The notes under the pieces were generated by a model that saw only the letters and a list, made by a program, of their open reading frames with translations, was not told the DNA's origin and ran no database searches. The translations under genes and the position numbers were made by a program. Below, piece by piece: positions 7,100 through 13,670 of a DNA stretch of 32,000 nt. The stretch comes from Halalkalibacterium halodurans (GTDB lineage Bacteria > Bacillota > Bacilli > Bacillales > Bacillaceae_D), in NCBI RefSeq assembly GCF_004376175.1, contig NZ_SNUY01000007.1:1-32000 (forward strand), given 5' to 3'. Position 1 is the first letter of the stretch, and each line of letters begins with the position of its first letter.

Positions 7100-8731
7100 T
7101 TAATTTTTTATTAAACTCATTAACTTGCGAAGCGGAGCAGTTACTTTCCAGGAGCTACTGTTTCTAATTGCCTCATACTTTCCTTTCATGTTACTGTATT
7201 TTTTTACTATATAAGACATTTCTTGTTCCATTTCTTGTTTTTCTCGTTTTATTTGATTTAACTCTAATTTCAGCTCCTTGATTTCTTCTTCCTTAGACTT
7301 GCTTCTAATTTCAAATCCAACTTTTATAGGGTTGTACCACTCATATTCTTTAATACGGGCCACATTGGCTTTGTCAGGTCCAATGTAACAGCTTTTTAAA
7401 AACTCCTCTAAGTCGGATTTGTTTGAACTTGCTGCAACGATAACGACTTTTCCATTGTCAAGATTTTTTGTATAGCCATGTATATTATGAAGAAGTGCCC
7501 TTTTTCTTACCCATCTTCTATATCCCACACCTTGAACCTTTCCAGTAACAATATATCGCTTTGTATGAATCTGACCAATCGGAGCGTTTGTAATTTCAAT
7601 TTCATTTACTTCCCTACTACTCATTAAATTATTGATCACTTTGTAATCAAAATAAAAATTGTTTTTGATTGTCTCTTTCGTTTCTGGGAAGTAGTAATCA
7701 ACAATTGCTTTTGGAACATTTCTTGGTATTCCTGTCATAGGAAATAGATGTGAAGCAATTACAGCTGTAGGGTTTATCTCCATGACGACAGCTTTGTTCC
7801 CCTTAATGATCAGATCAACACCTGCATGTACAAGCCCTGGTACAGAGGAAACTGCCTTAACTGCAACTTCCTTAATTTCTGCTGGAAGCTGATCAGTAAT
7901 GTCTATTGAATCTCCGCCAGAAGATATGTTACTTTTACCACGTAAATAGATTAATTCTTCTTTCTTTAAAACACTGCTTAAAGAATAACCCTCCTTACGC
8001 AAAAAAGTATGAACTTCTTCATCAACTTTAATTAATCGAGTAGCTAAATGAGGGTTCTTTTTTCGTTCTTCATTTTTCTTCTGTATCAATTCTTCGATCG
8101 TGCTCTTACCGTCACCTGTTACATTAGCCGGAACCCTTTTTAGGGCAGCTACCACTTTATCCTGGACTACATAAACACGAGCATCTTCTCCTGAAATGAA
8201 CCTTTCAATAATGACATCAAGATAATTTAATGTGGATCTGACATAGCGTAAGTTTTTTTTAAAACCCTCGTCAGTATTAATATTTGTAACGACACCTTTT
8301 CCTAAGCTACCAAAGGTCGGCTTAATCACAAGCGGATAACCAAGCTTCCGCGCATACTGGATAATCTCTTCATCCGCAACTTCTTCCTTAAACCTTTTAC
8401 CTTCGGGGCATGGCACTCCTTCCTTTTCTAAATACTTCTTTGTTTGCTCTTTATTCGTACCTATGTCCACTGCTTCATTGTGGACTTTATCTCCTCTAGA
8501 CCTGAAGAAAAAATGTGTTCTTTCATCAGAACTCAGGGAAAACATTTTCCCAATCGGATTAAAACCAATTGCTTTTAACTTAGCGTTAGAAGGAGTGTTG
8601 TAATACCATTTTAATGTTAAGCCTCTTCTCCATCCCTCTAGAGCTACCAAATAAGCGCAAAGATTAAACCCTCGAACTCCTCTTACAATTCTCTTTGCTA
8701 TGTCAGTTGAATGCTCTAGGTTTTGCTTCAA
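7100..8731 (-). CDS. ATP-grasp ligase paralog (543 aa) fused to a canonical-looking acylphosphatase domain, a coiled coil and an SxSWKxTxPLR tail
   Basis: A TTG start at 8731 follows GAAGGAGGGG. ATP-grasp motifs: YPLVIKPTFGSLGKGV, RVPANVTGDGKSTIEELI, SNISSGGDSIDITD. Acylphosphatase signatures: IVTGKVQGVGYRR and GYTKNLDNGKVVIV. The C-terminus reads ...AIRNSSSWKVTAPLRKLMSLIKN. Confidence 0.9.
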   Translation of the reverse strand: MKQNLEHSTDIAKRIVRGVRGFNLCAYLVALEGWRRGLTLKWYYNTPSNAKLKAIGFNPIGKMFSLSSDERTHFFFRSRGDKVHNEAVDIGTNKEQTKKYLEKEGVPCPEGKRFKEEVADEEIIQYARKLGYPLVIKPTFGSLGKGVVTNINTDEGFKKNLRYVRSTLNYLDVIIERFISGEDARVYVVQDKVVAALKRVPANVTGDGKSTIEELIQKKNEERKKNPHLATRLIKVDEEVHTFLRKEGYSLSSVLKKEELIYLRGKSNISSGGDSIDITDQLPAEIKEVAVKAVSSVPGLVHAGVDLIIKGNKAVVMEINPTAVIASHLFPMTGIPRNVPKAIVDYYFPETKETIKNNFYFDYKVINNLMSSREVNEIEITNAPIGQIHTKRYIVTGKVQGVGYRRWVRKRALLHNIHGYTKNLDNGKVVIVAASSNKSDLEEFLKSCYIGPDKANVARIKEYEWYNPIKVGFEIRSKSKEEEIKELKLELNQIKREKQEMEQEMSYIVKKYSNMKGKYEAIRNSSSWKVTAPLRKLMSLIKN

Positions 8732-8779
8732 TCATACCCCTCCTTCAACATCAAACGAACCGTACAGAGCAAAATAATC

Positions 8780-10438
8780 TTATCCGTTTGCCTGTGGTCT
8801 AATTAAACTTTTCGCATAATCGCCTAATTTTCTCAGAAAGACTGTTGATTTCCACGAACGACTTTGTTTAATTTTCATTGCTTCTTTCTCAAGTCGGTTT
8901 TTTTCTTTTTCCGCTCGGCGTAACTCTTTTTCCATCTTCTTCAGTGCAGTTTCCACAGACCGTAGATTTGATGGGTTAAAGCCTTCACTTATTTCAAATC
9001 CAACCTTTACAGGAGATTTCCAAGCCTCCTCCTTTATCTTTTTTACTTCGGCCTTATTAGGTGCAGCAGTAAAGATCTCCTTAAATGCATTAACCTCTTT
9101 TTTATCTGTTCCTGCAACTACAACGTCAATATCCCCATTAGAAAGGTTGTTAATGTAACCATTCAGTCCTCTTTCCAACGCTTGAATACGTAACCATTGA
9201 TGGTAGCTTACTCTTTGCACAAAACCAGAAACTGTATATTTTTTCGCATATAACTTGCCAATGGGAGCTGGTGAGACTTCTACTTCTACAGATGAACGGC
9301 TAGATAATGGCTCTAGTACTGTATTAAAGTCAAAATATATTCTAGATTTTTTGTTTTGGCTCCCTTTCGTTTCTGGAAAGTAATAATCAATGATAGCAGA
9401 AGGAATGTCGCGTGCCTTCCCTTCCATTGGAAATAAAATTCCTCCAATTTGAGCAGTTGGATTTAACTCAATGACGACAGCTGTTGATATGGATTGGTTT
9501 AGATCAGCAATAATATCAACACCGCCGTGATGTAAGCCAGGAATTGCTTTAATAGCATCTATTGCAATCTGTTTGAGTTCATCAGGTAGCTCATCGGTCA
9601 CATCGATTGGGTCTCCCCCTGCTGATACATTGGTTTTTTCCCTTAGCAAAATTTTCTCCCCTTTATTCGGGATACTTTCCAATGTATAGCCAGACGATTG
9701 GATAAAATCCAATACCTCGTTATCAATTTCAATTAAACAGCTAAACAAACGTGCATTTTTCTTCCGCTGCCGATTTTTTAAGTCAATTAATTCGGTAATT
9801 GTATGATAGCCATCCCCAATAATATTTGCTGGCAATCTGTTATAAGCCGCAATGACTTGATCTTCAACGACGTATACTCGGTATTCCTCCCCTGATACAT
9901 AACGTTCTAATATAACTTCCGGATAATTTAAATCAGAGCGTACATAAATTAAAGCCTTTTGCAAAGATTTTACGTCCTTAATATTGGTTACGACACCGTT
10001 TCCTAAGCTAGCATTGGTTGGCTTTAAAACAAGTGGGAAGTTGATTTCCAATGCATATTGAATAATTTCCTCATCTGTTGAAGACGCCTCAAATTTTCGT
10101 CCTTCTGGTACAGGAACGCCAGCTTTAGCTAACCATACCTTTGTTTCATCTTTATCGGAACCAATTCTTACGGCTTCATTGGTTACTTTATCTCCTCTAG
10201 TCCTAAAAAAGTAGTGAGTCCTTTCTTTAGAACTTAGTGAAAATAATCGACCTGGAGGATTCACCCCAAAGGTAATCATTTCTTGATATTTCTCATGGTC
10301 AACAGTATGCCATTTTAACGTTAAGCCACGTCTCCACCCTTCCAGTGCTACAGAGTATGCACACAGCTTTGTTTTTCTTGCGCTGGTTACAATGTCATTG
10401 GTAAGGTGAGGGAGACAAATTGAAGGATTACTCTCCAT
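8780..10438 (-). CDS. ATP-grasp ligase paralog (552 aa) with a degenerate acylphosphatase-like domain, a coiled coil and an SxSWKxT tail
   Basis: The ATG at 10438 lies 9 nt after GGGGAGG. Motifs seen: FPLVLKPTNASLGNGV, RLPANIIGDGYHTITELI, TNVSAGGDPIDVTD, FPMEGKARDIPSAIIDYYFPETKG. The AcP-like segment reads VSGFVQRVSYH...GYINNLSNGDIDVVV. The tail reads SRSWKSTVFLRKLGDYAKSLIRP. Confidence 0.9.
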   Translation of the reverse strand: MESNPSICLPHLTNDIVTSARKTKLCAYSVALEGWRRGLTLKWHTVDHEKYQEMITFGVNPPGRLFSLSSKERTHYFFRTRGDKVTNEAVRIGSDKDETKVWLAKAGVPVPEGRKFEASSTDEEIIQYALEINFPLVLKPTNASLGNGVVTNIKDVKSLQKALIYVRSDLNYPEVILERYVSGEEYRVYVVEDQVIAAYNRLPANIIGDGYHTITELIDLKNRQRKKNARLFSCLIEIDNEVLDFIQSSGYTLESIPNKGEKILLREKTNVSAGGDPIDVTDELPDELKQIAIDAIKAIPGLHHGGVDIIADLNQSISTAVVIELNPTAQIGGILFPMEGKARDIPSAIIDYYFPETKGSQNKKSRIYFDFNTVLEPLSSRSSVEVEVSPAPIGKLYAKKYTVSGFVQRVSYHQWLRIQALERGLNGYINNLSNGDIDVVVAGTDKKEVNAFKEIFTAAPNKAEVKKIKEEAWKSPVKVGFEISEGFNPSNLRSVETALKKMEKELRRAEKEKNRLEKEAMKIKQSRSWKSTVFLRKLGDYAKSLIRPQANG

Positions 10439-10512
10439 TATAACGACCTCCCCTAATTTCCCTCAATGGTTTATATCTAAATCTTGATTTTGGAATCTTC
10501 CTACATCCGTCC

Positions 10513-12156
10513 TTATTTTTCAAACAATCGACCGACCCATTTTACTATGTCCGCTATCTTTCGAAAGGGTAACGTAAGCTGCCAAGAAATGCTTCGACTA
10601 TATGCTCGGTAACGCCGCTCTGCACGTCGTAACTCTTTCTGCACTGTCTCTAATTCAAGCTTCATCTTCTTTAATTGGTCCACTTGCATTTTTAAATCTG
10701 CTTTAACTTCAAACCCGACCTTTACTGGATCTTCCCATGACTCTTCAAAAACATCAACAACATCTGAACGCCCTGGATCTTCGAAGATAGCTTGCTTAAA
10801 GTCATTGACGCTTTCTGGATCAGTACCCATGACAATGACTTCGATGTTTCCATTTTCAAGGTTTTTTACAAAACCACTTAGCTTTCGTTCAAAGGCTTGT
10901 TTTCTCAAGCCTCGATGATAATCAATTCCTTGGACATCACCTGTTACTGTATATTTCTTGCCATAAACTTCACCTAAAGGAGCTGCAGATACCGTCGTCA
11001 CTGAGGCTGTTTTTGTCACCAATGGTTCCAACACGTCTGAAAAATCAAAGTAAAACCTAGATTTTTGACCGTTCATCCCTTTTGTTTCTGGGAAGTAATA
11101 ATCAATGATAGCCGCCGGGACATCTCGAGCGATGCCTTTCATCGGAAACACGAGCGAGCCAATTTGTGCCGTCGGATTTAACTCTAATACAACAGCCCCT
11201 TCTTCCACTGGTTGTTTGTCATCATAAAGGATATCGACGGCCCCATGAGGTAACTGCGGGACTGCCTGCAAGGCTTGTACCGCTAGCTGTTTGACCTCCT
11301 CAGGCAAGCTATCTAGTTGGTCAACAGGATCTCCACCGATTGAAATGTTGCTCTTATTTGTTAAAAAAACCATCTCGCCGTCTTCCGGAATCGTATCCAA
11401 ACCGTACCCTTGAATGGCTAAGTGATTTTTCATCTCTTGATCTAGCTTAATGGGACAGCTAATCAACCGAGGGTTCTTTTGACGCTCTTCGTTTTTAGCC
11501 TCTATTAATTCTTGAATTGTCTGTTTTCCATTTCCAACAACATTGGCAGGAATGCGCTCTATAGCCGCTACAACCTTATCTCCAACAACGTACAACCGAT
11601 AATCTTTTCCTGCCACATGACGCTCAACGATGACATCTTTATAATTGAGGACATGCCGAACGTGACGAAGCTGTTCAGCAAATGTTACTTCGTCTTCAAT
11701 GTTTGTCACAACGCCTCGACCGAAGCTTCCATCTGTCGGTTTTACGACAAGCGGATAGCCGATCTCCGCTGCATATGAGATAATTTCATCGTCTTCAATC
11801 TCCGCTACAAAACGCCTTCCTTCTGGTATCGGAATGCCAGCCTTTGCGAGATATTCTTTTGTTTTCTCTTTATCGGCTCCAATCGCAACAGCTTCATTCG
11901 TTACTTTATCCCCACGAGTTCTAAAGAAATAATGGGTTTTCTCTTCTGATCGAAGAGAAAACAGCTTTCCTGGTCGATCAACGAACCACGTTTTGATCTC
12001 ACGAAAAGCTTCAGAGTCCTTTGTATGCCACCGAAGGGTCAAGCCTCGTCGCCATCCTTCTAAGGCTACTAAATATGCATCAAATTCTGGCCCCCTTGCA
12101 TCTTCAACGATTTCTTTCGACAGATGCGGTAACCATTGGTGATTAATTTGTTCCAT
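10513..12156 (-). CDS. ATP-grasp ligase paralog (547 aa) with a degenerate acylphosphatase-like domain, a coiled coil and an SxSWQxTxPFR tail
   Basis: ORF track 10513-12231. I prefer the ATG at 12156 (MEQINHQWLPHL), 7 nt after GGAGGAA; the longer version would overlap the upstream gene. Motifs seen: YPLVVKPTDGSFGRGV, RIPANVVGNGKQTIQELI, SNISIGGDPVDQLD. The AcP-like segment reads VTGDVQGIDYH...GFVKNLENGNIEVIV. The tail reads SISWQLTLPFRKIADIVKWVGRLFEK. Confidence 0.9.
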   Translation of the reverse strand: MEQINHQWLPHLSKEIVEDARGPEFDAYLVALEGWRRGLTLRWHTKDSEAFREIKTWFVDRPGKLFSLRSEEKTHYFFRTRGDKVTNEAVAIGADKEKTKEYLAKAGIPIPEGRRFVAEIEDDEIISYAAEIGYPLVVKPTDGSFGRGVVTNIEDEVTFAEQLRHVRHVLNYKDVIVERHVAGKDYRLYVVGDKVVAAIERIPANVVGNGKQTIQELIEAKNEERQKNPRLISCPIKLDQEMKNHLAIQGYGLDTIPEDGEMVFLTNKSNISIGGDPVDQLDSLPEEVKQLAVQALQAVPQLPHGAVDILYDDKQPVEEGAVVLELNPTAQIGSLVFPMKGIARDVPAAIIDYYFPETKGMNGQKSRFYFDFSDVLEPLVTKTASVTTVSAAPLGEVYGKKYTVTGDVQGIDYHRGLRKQAFERKLSGFVKNLENGNIEVIVMGTDPESVNDFKQAIFEDPGRSDVVDVFEESWEDPVKVGFEVKADLKMQVDQLKKMKLELETVQKELRRAERRYRAYSRSISWQLTLPFRKIADIVKWVGRLFEK

Positions 12157-12178
12157 AGAGAGTTTCCTCCAACACATG

Positions 12179-13648
12179 CTAATTAAGTCTTGCATCAAGT
12201 AAGTTTTTAAATGATTCAAATGACTTGCCATTTAATAAATCTGAAATTAAACGTTCTTCTGCTGCTAAAAATTCATCCCCAAGCCACCGATCCGTTTCAC
12301 GATTAAATTCGTCATAATTCCCAGGCTTCGGGGTAAATTCACCAAATACAAGCCCTCGACTCGTTTTCAGAAAATCGATTCGAATGAAAGGTACAGGAAT
12401 TTCAGAGCTAATAGAAGCCGCTAATTGGACTTCTTGTTCGGACGCTCCGTCACCTTTGAACAGGTCTCCATCATATTTTCCAGTCGTCATTTGTTTACCA
12501 TCAGCTGTCCACCAACAGTACGAAAGCTCTGGAAATCGTTGCACCTCAAGAATGATAGCAACCTTCCCATAAAAGCAATAAAATTTCAAATCTCGTGCCG
12601 GTCGAAATGTGTCTTTATCTTCTAACAGGAGCTCCTCGATCATCCATGAGTCTTCCTTAACCGAACGAGAGTCCAGATCTTCTTTCATACTCTCTATAAG
12701 AGATTCCCAGCTATTTAAGGTTTTCGAGCGTTTGACATCAAGAATATTCCCCTCAGTAAACACAAGGTATACGCCGCGGGAACCCGCACCATCTTGAGGT
12801 TTGATCACAATCCGTTCCTTTTTAGGTATCGTTGAGATCGTGTACGTGTCATCAGAGACCCAAGGCCTATCAATATGAAGGGAATCCATGAAACGATAGG
12901 CAACTTTTTTTTGATCGAGTAGCCATTCTGGTAAGATGGTCCCGAATTGTTTCTTCCTTAATCTTATACTTAAATTCGCTCGAAAGGAAGCGATTGATTT
13001 TAGAGAAATCGTTTCTTTCTCATCTACTTCTCTTACAATAAATTCTGGTACTTCTTCAGCATGCAACCCAGACAAAGCTTCCCGAAAAATTGGCGCTTTC
13101 ACATCTTGCTTCTCATTTTGATAGTGTCTCGCGGAAAGAAACAAAGCCTCACGATAAGCATTTTGTATTGAGGTCTTTGACTCGATCAAACGCCTCATGT
13201 ATTCCACCATTTGACCTTGCTCTTTCGCCCGTTTCACCGAGTGTAGGAGATGGTCACGATCCATCTTCCCTAGTGCAATCAGCCGATCATTCGCTTTGTG
13301 TGTTTCGTTTATTAGCTTTTGTTCGACATTCATTAATTGTTGACGAAGTTCCCTAAGTTCAAGATGAAGTTGCTCATTTTCTTGAATTAATTGTTGCTTG
13401 GCTTTTCCTAAAAAAGCCGTTTTGATACTTTTACAAACAGTTATTGTTTTCCGCCAAACAGCGGTATATTTCCATAACCGGCTTTGTTCAATTTTCTTTT
13501 GGTCCCTCCGCAGCTTTTTCTGCTCATTCTGTAACTCTCGCTTCTTCGCTTCATGCTTCATAAATAAGATTTGCAGCTCGTGTTCCCGTTCCTTTTCGTG
13601 CTGTAATTCACTCTGAATTCCTTCTTTTGACGGATACGTTTTGCTCAA
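12179..13648 (-). CDS. TupA-like ATP-grasp amidoligase with a long N-terminal coiled coil
   Basis: ORF track 12179-13657. GGAGG abuts the GTG, so I prefer the TTG at 13648, which has 8-nt spacing. The C-terminal half (IVIKPQDGAGSRGVYLVF, DLKFYCFYGKV, FIRIDFLKTSRGLVFGEFTPKPGNY) matches my memory of the TupA-like ATP-grasp family. The N-terminus is Glu/Lys/Gln-rich coiled coil and contains SRLWKYTAVWRK. Confidence 0.7.
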   Translation of the reverse strand: MSKTYPSKEGIQSELQHEKEREHELQILFMKHEAKKRELQNEQKKLRRDQKKIEQSRLWKYTAVWRKTITVCKSIKTAFLGKAKQQLIQENEQLHLELRELRQQLMNVEQKLINETHKANDRLIALGKMDRDHLLHSVKRAKEQGQMVEYMRRLIESKTSIQNAYREALFLSARHYQNEKQDVKAPIFREALSGLHAEEVPEFIVREVDEKETISLKSIASFRANLSIRLRKKQFGTILPEWLLDQKKVAYRFMDSLHIDRPWVSDDTYTISTIPKKERIVIKPQDGAGSRGVYLVFTEGNILDVKRSKTLNSWESLIESMKEDLDSRSVKEDSWMIEELLLEDKDTFRPARDLKFYCFYGKVAIILEVQRFPELSYCWWTADGKQMTTGKYDGDLFKGDGASEQEVQLAASISSEIPVPFIRIDFLKTSRGLVFGEFTPKPGNYDEFNRETDRWLGDEFLAAEERLISDLLNGKSFESFKNLLDARLN

Positions 13649-13670
13649 CGTGACCACCTCCTTCTGCTAT

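Noticed and set aside
2258-8731. A genomic island or mobile element, suggested by the apparent AT-richness
   Set aside because: No integrase, transposase, flanking direct or inverted repeats, or tRNA gene is seen anywhere in the window. The composition shift is kept only as a low-interest observation.
3536-12156. Calling the long ATP-grasp proteins cyanophycin synthetases
   Set aside because: Only the G-domain-like ATP-grasp part is present. The Mur-ligase-like M domain that adds Arg is absent and is replaced by an acylphosphatase-like domain plus a coiled coil. No cyanophycinase gene is seen.
10513-12231. Longer N-terminal extensions given in the ORF track. The ORF-track starts in question are 12231, 5143, 3370, 13657, 16403, 21301, 27506 and 30686.
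   Set aside because: In each case an internal ATG or TTG sits 6-10 nt downstream of a GGAGG-like RBS. The extension would overlap the upstream gene or begin directly on top of the RBS. The shorter starts were therefore used, though they are not experimentally certain.
2258-13648. An ATP-grasp RiPP (graspetide or microviridin-type) cluster
   Set aside because: I found no small precursor-peptide ORF with a plausible RBS next to the ligases. The ligase motifs resemble CphA-G and TupA types rather than graspetide ligases. The context is export and glycosyltransferase genes.
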